From: the human T2T-CHM13v2.0 reference genome, Homo sapiens
Assembly (NCBI RefSeq): GCF_009914755.1
Contig: NC_060931.1
DNA: 64,000 nucleotides
Direction: 5' to 3' (one strand)
A program made the translations under genes and the position numbers. Numbering within the stretch: the stretch's first letter is position 1; each line of letters starts with the position of its first letter. This document shows positions 27,181-41,566 of the stretch, piece by piece. The notes beneath the pieces are model-generated. The model saw nothing but the letters and a program-made list of their open reading frames with translations. It was not told the DNA's origin and ran no database searches.

Positions 27181-29970
27181 AAATAAAAATTATTTATCAA
27201 AATGGCTTATATTTATTAATAAAATGAAAATATATTTCACCTTTTTAAATACATAATGATATTTAAAATCCTACATTTTCCTATCCTAATACTCTGACAG
27301 ATATTACAAAATAATATCAGTATATTGCATTATGGTATACATTTCATGATGCTTCCTGGGCATATGAAAGTTAAATGTATCAGTTCCTTTGTTGTGCTTC
27401 TCCCTGCCTTAATTTGAAATCTCTCTGGCAACAGAAACTCTTCATAAACTCTAGAAGGAAAAGCATATAGTCCAAGCTTATAACCAGAAAATTGAACTCA
27501 ACTCTATTTTATCATAATATCCTGCGCTAATGTGATGATACAGCTGACAAAATTTAACAAGCTTGCCAGTATTTATTACAGAGCACCACTTTGTAGCTTG
27601 AAATGGATACTCATCCCAGCAGGTGTCAAGACTCAGCAACAATCCACTTTTAAAGTTAAATGCAAAATACACACTGAAATTCTACAGAGAAAACAACTTC
27701 CCTTCTTCCCCACACACATGAAAAAGGCTTCGTGTGTACTATTCACTAATAAGGTGCACTTATAAATGAATTGGGAAAATGTTTTTCTGGTCTTAGAAAC
27801 ATCAAAGTCCATTTCATAAGTAAGAAATAAAATGTGACTTTTAACAAAACAAACACCTTGATGATTATTTTTTACCACATTAACAAGGGATTTAGAGTCC
27901 TTATGTTTCTTTTGAACTTGGTAGTAAGTTTCACTGTGTTTAGCATGTTGATGTTAAACATGGCCCTGACAAGTGCTAATGTATACCCTTTGGATTACTT
28001 GATACTCTCTATAGAGACGAACTACTGAATTTAAAAAAAAAAAAAAAAGAAAGAAAAAAAATAAAAAGAATGTTTCTGCCTTGAGTTCAAACATTCAGTT
28101 GTAAATAACATGACAAAACAAAACCACCAATATTTAAAGTGCTTGGAAAAGTATTGATTATGCAAATTATCTTACACTAATCTAGACATCACAATCAGTG
28201 ATTCCCAACATGACTGCAATAAATATCAAAGAAATGTAGTTACAATAATTGTAGTTTGGTATTTAGTGGTCATTTTCTTTCATAGTATCCCAATTCCTAT
28301 TGCATGTATTCCTAAAATAATAATTCTTCCAGTGTTCTCAATATATCAGCATTTATGGACTTAATATTTTAAATTTTTATTAAAAGTTACCATAGAATAC
28401 AAGTAAGTCCAAATGTGAAGGAAGCAATTCAACAATGGAAGAAGTTTATTTTTCACAATACCAAGGGAGGTTCCTGAAGGCAGTAATTCTCTAAATGATG
28501 TAAAAAGTAGTTTTACAAGTGCCTATATTTTCTTATTACCTTTGATATGTAAAAAACTCATAACAAAGGCTTTAAAAGTCACAAAAGAAAAGATGTAAAG
28601 AGAAAATAAGGATTCACAAAGCAAATTTGAAATGCTAAACATCATATTGAAATGACATATAGAAATGTAAAATCTGAAATCTTTCTGAAGTTTTTAACAA
28701 CATAAAATTATCAAAAAAGTGTTATTTATAACCTTGGTGAGTTTTTTTTTTTTTTAAATATGCATCTGCTATTTATTTACAATTACAATTATCTGCTTTC
28801 AAGTAGTCCTGTCTTTGGGTCATTTAAAAAATTAAGTCGCTTCATTCTATTCTCCTTCTGTGATATCAAAGTGACTAAAACGTAGGTGATTAGAAAACAG
28901 CAACCTGTCAAAACTTCAATCCTTTGCTTTTCCCTAGGGCAGTAGATTATTTCTTCATCAGAATATCTGTTAGTTAATACCAAAGGCTTTGCCCAACTTC
29001 AAAGCAGAGATATTAAAGGCTCACTTTCCACTACAAGGCAGGTGTATTTTTATTAGCTTTCTCTTTCAAAATTGCTATGACTTCACTTGCGGATATCCCG
29101 CCAACAACCATTATTGAAAGCCTTACTATAATTGCTAAGTTACATGCAATGTCTGAAGCACAAAACCAGTGTCACTTACAACCCTCCAACAACTGACTGA
29201 AACCAAGTGTTACATCATTAAAGCTGAATTACAACATACCCATGGCGTGTTTTCCATGTGTGCTATATTTTAAACAATAGTAGAGCAAAACCTAGCTATA
29301 AATTCACAGATCCCCCATTTGTTCAAACTCATGAACAATAAGAGCTGTCCGAGAGCCTTTACTGGCTCTATTTTAGTCAGAAAAGTCATGCACCAAAATT
29401 AAATGTCTGTTTGGTTTTTTATTGGAGATGGAAATGCTAGCTTTATGTTGTAAATTTAAACAACCTGCCACAAAGGGAGACTCACATTTGTATGGCTTGG
29501 GAAGCCGTATTCATCTCTAATTGCTTATAGTAACACAAATAAACTAATGTAAAGTGTTCCATTTCTTAACTGGTTTCGTGTAAAATAAATCAGCTGAAGT
29601 GATGATGGCATGAGTTTTCAGTGGGTTAGGATTAGATTTCTTTTCTTTGATAGAGCTGGATGTGGAATTCATGCATTTAGCTATTGTTAATGAATAGGAA
29701 GTTTTCTGTAAATTTATGAAAATTCAAAAAGACATTCATTAATACTGATGAAAGAAAATATTGGCAGCAAACTCATATTACTCTTTTTTGATCTAATTAA
29801 GTTCAACCCATTTGAATATTTGGTGATCTAAGTGGAAATATTTCTTCTGTCATAGTGGTATGCAAAGCAATTATAATTACTTTTTTAGAAAGGTCGACAA
29901 CTTTTTTATTTGGCTTCAGTGATTTTATGGTGCCTAGATTCCACCGGAAAATATTTAGTCACTCGCTTAC

Positions 29971-30039
29971 TTGGATAGAAATCCGTCACCTGGAATAGAA
30001 ATCATGGTAAACCTGCCAGCATCTTTGTGCAGACAGGCC
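29971..30039 (-). ncRNA. Candidate internal exon (69 nt; 50 nt with the alternative donor at 29990)
   Basis: Acceptor tatattttcag|GGCCTG; donors CAA|gtaagc and CAG|gtgacg; non-repeat DNA. Confidence 0.45.
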
Positions 30040-30222
30040 CTGAAAATATATACTAGCGAAGGCCACTGCCAAATGACTTGTGTCTGGCCAGCACTACCTT
30101 TGAAATGTTCTTTGCATACCAGTTACTGTTAAGATTTATTATAGCATGTGTAGATAAATATATTTCAGTTTTCACATCTATAACTTAGATAACACGGTAG
30201 CAATGTACACACTACATATTAC

Positions 30223-30279
30223 CTTTCTTCAGTTGTGGTTTCAGTAGCCATTCACAATATTCGGATTTCTCACCAAAAT
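30223..30279 (-). ncRNA. Candidate internal exon (57 nt; may extend to a stronger acceptor at 30559)
   Basis: Good donor AAG|gtaata; weak acceptor catttag|; alternative acceptor ttttgtttgcag|GTG at 30559. Confidence 0.3.
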
Positions 30280-32585
30280 CTAAATGTAGTCTTCGTGTTA
30301 TTTTAAATAGATCACACTAAACCAAATGTAGGGATTTACCATTGTTTAAAACTAATCCAGAGAGAAATCAGTTTAACTTTGTAATATATCCCCATCATGA
30401 GAAACACATCATAGTAAGTGGAAGATCTACTCCAAAACACATTGAAGACCTGGAGCCCTGTAAAAATATATAATAATCTGAAAGCTAACAGGTTGTCCGC
30501 TATGTGAGGCTAATTCAACTACTACTATTCCTTCTATTTATTTAAATTCTTGCATTCACCTGCAAACAAAATAACACATACTCCCCCAAAATTTCTACAG
30601 GTCATCTCTTCTAACACATTCAATTTCAATTTATAGCACAAATTATGATGGCAAAAGAAATTCATAACATTCACCAAAAAAAAAATTATGCTCTTACCAC
30701 AAATGTATGTCCACCCAGTTCTTTTATTTAGAAAATCTCAATGCCAACTAAATCAAAGCAGCTGTACTATTTTAAGGTTTATTTGTTTTCTTTAAATTTG
30801 GTGAACACTGTACTTTTCTATAAAATCGGTTGACTCAATATGGCAAAAAAAAAAGAAAAAAAAACACCAGTAACTTTCAGCATACCCACTTGTTATTCTT
30901 CATCTTGAATCCCAAAATCAATCTTACTAATTCATGTAGAAGGACTGCTGTTGAATAGAAGATATTTTACACAATTGCGTGTTCCTAGCAAATGATTTTG
31001 GGAAATTTCAATTGTCATTTAAATGTGTGCCACCGAATATATTAATCACATTCTTTAGATTGTAGAATATGGGCTGTTATATTCATCAAGTATTTGTAAT
31101 TCTGCTACTTTGTGTGTTCTGATACATTTTGAGAAAGTCATGGAGAAACTAAACTGTGTTATTTCTAATTTCAACATGGCTAGTCTTAGGTTATAATAAT
31201 TACATGATTTAAAAAAGCATTTATTAAGTAATTACTTATCAGGCTCTACATAACATATATTTCAGGCAAATCAAGATGGCCTAAATTGTATTTATATTTA
31301 GACTATAGAGTAATTTTCTCAAACCACATAAAACCATTTTGACACCTGGTCCTTTTAAAGTTCATGAACTTCAACATCTGAAAACATGTGTGAGATTGTC
31401 AAACATTCCAGTGCCCTCCCTGGGGGCACTCAAACGTATGTAACTGTGTATATCACAATATCATCATATGCCATCAAATTTTCTTGAAAGGAAATTCCTG
31501 GATCATTTTATCAGGTTAGCAAAATGTCACATCCCTAAATCCGTGGGATAAGGAGCAAGGACTTTTGAATGAGGAAGAAGTTTATATTGCAACTACAGGC
31601 TTTCTAAAGTTTGGAGTCAAGCATGACCACTCTTTCTAAATTCCTTTGTATTCAAAAATAAAATGGTGCCAAAGACTGGAATAATGCAGGAAATATGCAA
31701 GAAGGAAGGCCTTAAGCCAAGAATTACTTTTTAATAACAGAATATATTTCATAATTATATAATTCATATTCTCAATCATGCCCGAGAAAGAGGGAGACAG
31801 TAGGGAAGGGGACAGGCAATGAGAGGAATGACTGGCCATAAAACAGAGGAGGGTCTGGTAGCCTTGCACAACTCAAGGAGACACTTGAAATCAATCCCAG
31901 CTACTCAGCTATTTATCTCTGCCTTGCCAGTGATCTTCCCAGCTGAGAAAAGGATTTTGGAGAAAAGGGCAGGTGGGAAAACTGATTAAATCTACCACTA
32001 CAACACATATGTAGAGAAGAGGTCATTACAATTCTGCCTGGGAAAATGAGAGGGCCAACTGCAACCCACCTGCTCACCCTCAACAATCCTAATGCTTGAT
32101 AGGAATAGGTTCACGAAATGCAAAGCAGCATCAGTCAAGGGGCAAAAATCTCTGTGGCAGTCTTTGTCCACCTGCTTCTGAGTGCAGCGACTGCTGAGTC
32201 TCACCAGCTGTTTCTTACATTTAGCAGATTGCTAACGCTTTTAACCAGGGGCAGATATATTAGGCACCTGGGCTCCACCTTTGCAACTGTGACTAGCAAA
32301 AGGAAGCTTCTCTCCAGTGGATTCTTAGCTGCAGCAATTAGCTGAGGAAAGCGATGAAAATCTCCAAGGCAAACATAATAGGTGATCTGGGGTTGTAATT
32401 AAGCAGTGACTTTGGACAGCTCCAGGGAAGATGTGACCAAAACTTTATCTCAGGTGGAAAGGAATGTTTTATAAATTACTTTTAGAGTATGTTCATGTAT
32501 GTGAACAAATGTAATTAATTTTTAGCATCTAGAAACTCCTGAATATGTATATTTTATGTTTTCTCTGTGTAATATTATAATTAAA

Positions 32586-32712
32586 TTTTTTAAGTAAGGT
32601 GGAATTCAGATAAAATAAATCATTTTAAAATATACAACTCAGTGGCATTTAGTATATTCATGTTACAAGACCATTACTGCTACCAAGTTGCAAAACATTT
32701 TCATCACCTGGA
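32586..32712 (-). mobile_element. L1M 3'-end fragment
   Basis: cattttaaaatatacaactcagtggcatttagtatattca...aacattttcatcacc. Confidence 0.65.
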
Positions 32713-33409
32713 GAAGAAAAGGTGAATTTTTACACATTCATCTGATAGCTGAACATTTAATAGTTATATACATTAATTTTTAACTGTAGAGAAGGACAAT
32801 ATAATTGCATTCTAATCAGTCAAATTATTGTTAAACAAAAAATTTTGCAGATAAGTTTCTGTTTTTGAGATTTGGCATTGTGATGCTCTGATCTTCTTAT
32901 TTAATTTAAAGTCAACATTTGATAGAAATGTACCTTCATGAGTCTTCCATAGGTACAAATTTCCTCTTTCCCCAGTGCAGTCTCTGTTCAGGTACTGGGA
33001 GACCTAGCACTGCTATAGTTCCTAAAAACTGAAACAACTTTAAGACTAATAAAATATATATAATATTTCTAAAGATTTATCACTGTGCAAAGGGAGGAAG
33101 GGCTGAAGGGCTATATACAGCTAGTTGAATTTACTCCCAAAATTGTCATTCCACTTCTACTAGTCATTTAACCTCTTGTAACTACTGGCCACTTTTCTTC
33201 CTCTGGAAAAGGGTGCTCTAATCTTGCAGCATTTCAATGTTACCTTCAGTTTACATGCTTCACTCATCAAAATAAAAACTACCCAGTGTCTTTATATGTT
33301 TAACTGTAAAATAAGCATTTACACCTTAAACAATGTGGACAGTAGAAGGTTGGTTGGCAAGTGGGGAGCAGCCTCAGTTCTCCAGATACATTTTTATACC
33401 TAGCTAAAC

Positions 33410-33524
33410 AGTAGAAACACATGGAAAGTTTGTGTCTAAAGATCTTGGGTATTGGAATCAGCATCTTATAATTTCTCCAGGTTACTGTAGTAGCGGAACT
33501 GCAAGCTATGGAAACCACTGCTCT
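33410..33524. mobile_element. MER5-like hAT fragment
   Basis: ggaatcagcatcttataatttctccaggttactg...ggaaaccactgctct. Confidence 0.45.
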
Positions 33525-34442
33525 TCTATAGCTCTCTCTAGCAACAGCCATCAACTACCAGACTAACCATGAGTAAGTCCTACAAGAGAGATGGGAGAAA
33601 GAGGGAGAAGTATCCCAGATCATGAGTACTAGTTGATCAATTCATGCTGAGGGGCCTGCAAAAATATCTACAGGGCCAGAATTCACCACACAAAGCCCTG
33701 ACATGGAAGACAAAGTTTGTGTAAAATCATACTTATTACTATTTACAGAATTAGATATCCAAATGGAATGCTGTCATTTTTTTAATTTGAAGACATGATT
33801 GTAATTAACACTGAGTTATTTGAGGATAAGTACACTTTAATTTAAATACTTCTGCATATACAGTGTGATTATGCATATAATTATATCTAACAAAATCCAA
33901 ACATAATTTTAGAGGATGTTCAGCTGGAATTATGTCAGAAGAGTCTGCTCCAAACTTTGTCAATTTGCAACATTATATGTCAGAAATGAGTTTCCATTAT
34001 TGAAAAATAGGGCTTGCTGCATTTTATGCAGAATGTCAGGGCAGTCCCATTGAAGAAATTAAATGTATTAAAGTTATATAGACTGTTCACAGTATCTTTC
34101 CCATCCCTGTATGAAAATGATGTAAAAATCTAGGGACACCAATATCCCTTTATCCTTAAAGAAAATACCTTAGGCAAAAATCCCCCCAAAAGTTCCTGTG
34201 TTCAGCTACCATTAATCCAATGAAGTTAGTTAATGAAAGCATGATATTTCTAAAAGCAATTTTTTAAATCAAGTATCAATCGTAATTTTTAGCCCTATTC
34301 TTCAGAAATTGCTATGTTCATTATTGATATTTAGCTAAGGGTAAACAATGTTACATTTATAATTCAGCCCATAAGTTATTGGATATCAACAAGTGACTGT
34401 GACTGAGGCATAGATGGAAGGAGCATAGCACAGATACAAGTA

Positions 34443-34803
34443 CAAGTTGAGTATTCCTTATCCAAGTTGCTTGAGACTAGAAGTGCTTAGAAGTTTCCGA
34501 TTTTTTTGGATTTGGAATATCTGCATATGCACAATAAGGTATCTTGAGGATGGAACCCAAGCCTAAACTCAAAATTCATTTATGCTATATACACGTTATA
34601 CACATAGCCTGAAGGTAATTTTATTTTTCCTTGGAAAGGCTGAATAAATTGCACGTTACACACCTGCAGTTTGACTGTGACCCATCACATGTCACATGAG
34701 GCCAGGTGTGGAATTTTCTAGTTGTGGTATCATATCAGTACTCAAAGTTTTAGATTTTGGAGTATGTCAGATTTTGAATTTTTGACTTAGGGATGCTCAA
34801 CCT
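34443..34803 (-). mobile_element. Tigger4b-like (Zombi/MER46 family) DNA transposon
   Basis: TIRs caagttgagtattccttatcc ... ttagggatgctcaacct; about 360 bp. Confidence 0.8.
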
Positions 34804-34884
34804 AATTACTTTTAAGACTTCAGGTCGGCTCTTTAGAGGTGCCAGAGACAATCTTACTACATAACAAATTTTGGGCTTCATAAA

Positions 34885-35523
34885 CTCCTGTCACAGGCCA
34901 GGAGGCCTCGGGGGGAACAATGGTTTCCTGGGCTGGATCCAGTACCCTCCTGCTGTGTGCAGCCTCAGCACTTGGTGCCCTGTGTCCCAGCCACTCCAGC
35001 TGTGGCTAAAAGGGGCCAAGATACCACTCAGGCAATGGCTTCAGAGGGTGCCAGCCCCAAGCCTTGGCAGCTCCATGTGGTGTTGGTCCTATGGGTGTGC
35101 AGAAGACAAGAACTGAGATTTGGGAACCTCCACCTAGATTTCAGAGGATATATAAAAACACCTGGTTGTCCAGGCAGAGGTGTGCTGCAGGGGTGGAGCC
35201 CTCATGGAAAACCTCTGCTAGGGCAGTGCAGAAGGGAAATGTGGGGTTGGTGCCCCCACACAGAGTCCCCACTGGGCACTGCCTAGTGGAGCTGTGAGAA
35301 GAGGGCCACCGTTCTCGAGACCGCAGAATGGTAGATTCACTGACAGCTTGCACCATATGCCTGAAAAAGCCACAGGCAATGCCAGCCAATGAAAGCAGCT
35401 AGGAGGGGTGCTGTACCCTGTAAAACCAAAGGGGTGGAGCTGCCCAAGACCACGGGAATCCACCTCTAGCATCAGAGTAACCTGGATATGAGACATGGAG
35501 TCAAAGGAAATCATTTCGGAGCT
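34885..35523 (+). mobile_element. THE1 internal sequence, inverted segment
   Basis: Forward THE1-int: tcacaggccaggaggcc...cagagggtgccagccccaagccttggcagc...gagacatggagtcaaagg. Confidence 0.9.
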
Positions 35524-36093
35524 TGAAGGTCTTTGACATGTCCTGGAGACATTTTCCCCTTGTCTTGGTGATTAACATTTGGCTCCTTGTTACTTATGCA
35601 AATTTCTGCAGCCTGCTTGAAATTTCTCTCCAGAAAATGGATTTCTTTTCTACTGCATCATTAGGCTGCAAATTTTCCAAATTTTTATGCTCTGTCACCT
35701 CCTGAATGCTTTGCTACTTAGAAATTTCTCCCACCAGATACCTTAAATCATTTCTCTGAAGTTCAAATTTCCACAGATCTCTAGGGCAGGGGCAAAATGC
35801 CACCAGTCCTTTTGCTAAAGCATTACAAGAGTCACCTTTGCTCCAGTTCCCAAGAAGTTCCTCATCTCTATCTGAGACCATCTCAGCCTAGACTTTATTG
35901 TCCATATCACTATCAGCATTTTGGTCAAGGACATTCAACAAGTCTCTAGGAAGTTCCAAAGTTTCCCACATCTTTCTATCTTCTTCTGGGCCCTCCAAAC
36001 TGTTCCAAGCTTTGCCTGTTACACAGTTCCAAAGGTCCTTCCACATTTTCAGGTACTTTTACAGCAGCACACCACTACCCAGTACCAATTTAC
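35524..36093 (-). mobile_element. THE1 internal sequence, 5' portion
   Basis: Reverse THE1-int ending at cagtaccaatttac next to the LTR. Confidence 0.9.
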
Positions 36094-36457
36094 TATATTA
36101 GTCCATTATTATGCTGCTAATAAAAACATACCCGAGAGAGTGGGTAATTTATAAAGGAACAAGGTTTAATGGACTCACAGTTGCACATGACTGGGGAGGC
36201 CTCACAATCATGGCAGAAGGCAAAGGAGGAGCAAAGGCATGTCTTTCAAGGCAGCTAGCAAGAGGGTGTGTGCAGGGGAACTGACCTTTATAAAACCATC
36301 AGATCTCGTGAGACATATTCACTATCATGAGAACAGCATGGGAAAATCTGCTCTATGATTCAATTATCTCTCACCGAGTCCCTCCCATGGCACGTAGGGA
36401 TAATGGGAGTTACAATTCAAGATGAGATTTGGGTGGAGACACAGCCAAAGCATATCT
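36094..36457 (-). mobile_element. THE1 LTR (THE1B/C-like), 5' LTR of the element
   Basis: tattagtcc...gactcacagtt...gggaggcctcacaatcatggcagaagg...gatgagatttgggtggagacacagcc. Confidence 0.92.
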
Positions 36458-36479
36458 GTATCTCGCCATGAATGCTCAC

Positions 36480-36598
36480 TTTGCTTTTAAGTCTTCTGCC
36501 TAGGTCACAGGCTGAATCATAGGATGCATTTAGAAAGCATTTAAACTCATGTGACTGGGTGAATTGCCTCCAGTAAGCTGAGAGTAGATACCCACAGA

Positions 36599-36633
<35 letters not shown>

Positions 36634-36790
36634 ACTAAGTCCTGAAGCACTAAGAGACTTAGAGATTGGGAAGAAAAGAAGTCTCTAGCAGCTGAGAAAG
36701 CCATGGTCAGCAAGGGAGGAGTAAAACCTGCAAGTGTGCAATGCTGTGAAGACCAGAAAACAAAGGAGGGAAAGGTCAAAATTGTTGCTC
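36480..36790 (-). mobile_element. L2 fragment containing an A30 tract (36602-36631)
   Basis: Purine-rich reverse L2 motifs (aggactaagtcctg, gctgagaaag, gtgcaatgctgtgaag). Confidence 0.45.
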
Positions 36791-37194
36791 CAAAATTAAA
36801 TTGAAATGAATTCATAAGTGTCTTCCAAATTCTTCTCTACCTAAGCAAAGTATGTTCATCTTTAAAATCCGGTGCTAATGACTTCATTGGTAAACTCCCC
36901 ACCCATCCCAACCATCCCTTTTCCCTCCCATTAGTCAAAACCAGGTTTACTAGTATATTGAGAGAAAGGCTTTATATTCAACCTCATCATATCATTTTCT
37001 TCAAGGTTTTAGCCAGGTTCCTCAATAAAAATGTTCAGAATGGAAATATCTTGACTAACAGATTTCGGCTTTCTCTCCTGATTTTGCGCGCGTGTGTGTG
37101 TGTAAAAGCTTGTTTCATTAAATACATATTTAGAAAAGGAACTGTCATCTCATTAATTTTCTGATCAACATAGTCAAGGCTTTTGTTCTTTATG

Positions 37195-37214
37195 TGGGAG
37201 TACAGTATAGCTGC

Positions 37215-37245
<31 letters not shown>

Positions 37246-37420
37246 CTGAATTCTACCTCTACAACTTATGACTATATGACATTGGATAAGTTCATTAATT
37301 CTCTGGGCCTCAATATCCTCATTTGAGAAGTGTGGTTAATAATAGGTACTAAAAGGCTTCTCTGTGAGGAGTAAATGAAAATGTATACTTAGAATGGAGC
37401 AGACTCTTGATAGTAGGTAC
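37195..37420 (+). mobile_element. MIR fragment containing a poly-A tract
   Basis: tgacattggataagttcattaattctctgggcctcaatatcctcatttg. Confidence 0.6.
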
Positions 37421-38569
37421 TAGTGTCATTCCCTTTTATGAATGTTTTTTTCTGACAGTATCTGAAAAGGTACCTAATATTATACAAGTGGAAAACCTTA
37501 AGAAAATTTATACTTTTATATTTTCCTATAGCAATAATTGGAATCTAAAATTTATATGATATTCAGATTCTGAAGACATCGTGTTCAATTGTATATTGGT
37601 GTGATAACATATCTCCCCACTCGCCACTGTAAAATGATCAATTCTTTTTATTATGCCCCTTTAATGACAGAATGTAGTAATATCTTTAATAGAAAATTAT
37701 CTTTCTGCCAATGAGTTTACCTCTCTATTCACCCTTATTTTAACTCAAGCTTTCAATATCTTGCGGAAATAATTATAGACAACATTGTGTCAAATATTTA
37801 ACTCATTTTTTATCCCACTACCAAGATGCCTCTAAGTGATACGAAATATAAGGCAGACAGCCCCAAATCTTAGGATTAAGAGATTTTAGAATGAAAGGGG
37901 CTGGAGAAACAGTTAAAAGATTTTTTAGTACATACAGGTTTACTTTTTGGCATCTATAATATCTTAGTCTTTCAGGACTTATTACTATCAGGTATAGAAA
38001 TATAATTTGAAAGATCAAATTACAAGAGTAACATCAAAATTCTGAATCACATCCACAGCTTGTTACCAACCTCTTTGCTTCATCTCACCGCTGTTTTATC
38101 TGTATATTCTTGAAAATGACATGAGCTTTGTGGTTTCAGCTTACATTTTGCTGTAATATTAACCACAAGCCTCTAATAAAATTGTATTTGGTGTTAGTGT
38201 CTACCTTTCAAAAGTGATTTTGAATCACAGAAAGGGAAGCAGAGAGATTCATTTATTACCTAGTATTGAAATAACGGACAAAACTTGCCTTTCTTGTAGT
38301 ATGTCTTAAGCAAGCATAGTTTAAAAGTTGACATTTATACTCATTCTCTCATGTACACAAGGAAAATGAGATTTAGAAAACAATAATAATATTTTCCTTT
38401 AACTATCCATAAAACTAACTGGAAGACATTAGCTATCATTTTATTTTTACAGATTTTGGAACTTAAAAATAGACACTTGTCAGACATGGGGATTGATGTA
38501 AATTAAAATGTAAAATTCCAAGTTTGAGAGTAAATCAAGAATTTCTTGATTACTCATTTAGAAAATGAT

Positions 38570-38656
38570 GCATATTTTTGGTAACTGATATACCTGAAGC
38601 ATCTAAACAATGTATGGCACATAGAAGGCACTCAACAATATTTGTTGAATGAATAA
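38570..38656 (+). mobile_element. L2 3' terminus
   Basis: tggcacatagaaggcactcaacaatatttgttgaatgaataa. Confidence 0.75.
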
Positions 38657-38852
38657 GTTGCATAAATATGTAATTACAATATTTATGTACCAATTTCTTT
38701 AAAAATGTTTAGTCTTTTCTCCAAAAAGCTAAAGCAACACTTACTGAGGTGCCAACGCAGCTTATTTTCCAACAGGACTAATTGTTTTCAATGTAGATCT
38801 GATCTTCATAGTAAAAACATTTTATAATTTAAAACTTAAAATCTGGATGCTA

Positions 38853-39180
<328 letters not shown>

Positions 39181-39399
39181 CTAAAGAGAAGACTTTTCCA
39201 TTAGAAATATGGTAGATGCACTTGAGTAGTGTGATGCGTTTTCATCAGTTGAATATATCCCTAAACTTAAATAAAACATCTGTCAAAACATTTTATCTGA
39301 ATGCGTTACCTTACTCTATTACATCAGTTAGATTTATCTCCCTGTGGAGACTGTTGTTTTCTTGAGATGCAAAGAATGAGAACAATTATCCTAAATCTT

Positions 39400-40080
39400 T
39401 CAGTTTTCTGGTTCTATGGCTCTATCCTTACAGTGACTGTCCTCGTTCAAGCCACTGTCACATCTTTCCATGTTTACTAAAATATATTTTAATAGGTTTT
39501 CCTGTATTATACCTACCTCCACCAATTTCTTCTTTACAAAACACAAAAATGCAAATCTAATCAAATGGTTTCTATGCTTAAAATTCTTCAATTGCATCAG
39601 TAGTATGGCCTGAGAACAAAATCCCAAGCTCAAGTGCACTGTATACCCATCAGTTTCTGATATTATTCTTAGTAATTTTTCTAGTTTTTTTCTCTTGCTG
39701 TTCTTCCCATTTTATGGAACACTCCAGCCATAAGGAACGATTTTCAGTTCCCCAACATGGTAAGCAATTTCTCACCTCCTGGCCTAAGACCAAGCTTGGT
39801 CTGGATGCCCTCCCTCATACCCTTCAGTTGTGAAAGCAGCATGGTGAACTCACACTCAAGATACAAATCATCACCTCAGGAAATCTTATCACATGCCACA
39901 GCTGGATTATTTATGTTTCCCTTCTAAGTTCTTTTGGAGTGTGCTGTGCATAACATTGACATAGCATTTTTCAAACTCTACTGTAATTACTATTTTATTT
40001 GATCCTCCAGATTCTTAAAGACTGGGAAAATGTCTAATTTGCTACATTCCCAATATCTATCTTGGTACTTGGTACTGATG
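39400..40080 (+). mobile_element. L2 fragment
   Basis: aaatgcaaatctaatc...ctatgcttaaaattcttcaattgc...acactccagcca...tcatcacctcagg. Confidence 0.6.
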
Positions 40081-41400
40081 TTGTTGTTAGCAGTTTTTAA
40101 ATATTTACCATGTACCCTAAGTTCTTTATACACAGAATTTCATTTAATTGTTACAACAATCCTAAGGAGTCAACATTATTATCTGCAGAAAGCTTGATAA
40201 CTTACTTATCTATATTCACCCATCTGATAAATCTCAAAGCCAGGACCTCAATTTGTATGAGTCCTGACCCTCTATTCCTCATTACTACAATAACAATTCC
40301 CTTACAAAATTGGTACTTAATTTTTTTTTTGAGTATGTGAGTAATGGCTGGATCTATTAATCCAAGTGAGGGAAATGAAACATCAATGTTTTAATTCCAA
40401 TATATTAACTCTTATTAAAAACGTTAGTACAATTATTGATCAATATAGCTGAACATTTTCCTTTTAAAGCAAAGAGATAGTCATTGAAGTATATTCTGCT
40501 GTTAGTATCAAGAAAATGCTGATTCCCGCTTGGTTGGTATAGCCAAAAATTCTGTTAAATTCAGATAAGTTTTGCCATATAAAAGCTATGCTTTTCAAAC
40601 TGGAAACAGGCATCTCAAACTGCATATACAGTATGTTAACTTTCAATCAGCAATGTAAACAATGTAATATAAGCATTACATGGACTCTACATTAAGATAA
40701 ACCAAACCACTTTTGCTAAGACAGATGTAATCACTCAAATTCCATTGGGAAAGAGGTAACAGCATTATTTGGTCTAGTCCCGAGTACTTTATTTAGTAAA
40801 TAACTTGGGCTTTGTAGATTCGTTTTTTCATGACACCTACTTCCAACATTTAAACTAATAGTGTTTCACGTGTTTTGTGCTTAGGATTTAATTGTAAAAC
40901 AGGCCATTATTTAATCTTTTTTCATTAGGATGTTTTTAATTGATATTTATTTTCATTAATCCTTCTTAAATAATACGATATAAAACCAACACTGTATTGT
41001 CACTCTTCTTTATACTTCAAGCCTCCTAATTTTTGTATCATAAATCTTAAAAAGTAAAAAAAAAAAAATACCATAAAGAAGTTATACTCAGAAATATCCA
41101 ACCATTTTATTTTAATCAAGATGCTCATTTTAAATGTTATTCAAGAGCTAAATCCAAAAATCAACTTGACCCTAAGTAATATATGGCTTTGGAAAACATT
41201 TTAGTGCAGAATATAAGCAAAAAAACAAGTTGTCTGAATTGAACTGTATCTTATTATTATGATTTTAAAATTAGAACTTGTTTAAATTAGTAGTAAGTAA
41301 CTATTTTGTATATCTAAATTTATATTTTATGTATATTTATTTCTCATTCATTCATGGAAAAACGACTCTTTGGAGTGTAAATATAGGCTCCTTTTTTAAG

Positions 41401-41566
41401 TATGTACTACATTAAGATGAATCAAACTTTAAATGATTCTGTGAAAAGTTCTCTTCTATATCCATTTGAATATAAGTAGGTACTACATTAAGGTGAATGT
41501 AGGTACTACATTAAGATGAATCAAACTTTAAATGACTCTGTGAAACATTCTCTTCTCTATCCATTT
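41401..41566. repeat. Imperfect tandem duplication (67-bp unit x2 with a partial copy between)
   Basis: gtactacattaagatgaatcaaactttaaatga..tccattt at 41401-41467 and 41500-41566; partial copy at 41477-41498. Confidence 0.9.

Noticed and set aside
34871-36154. Cluster of ORFs up to 109 aa
   Set aside because: Fragments of decayed, rearranged THE1 internal sequence
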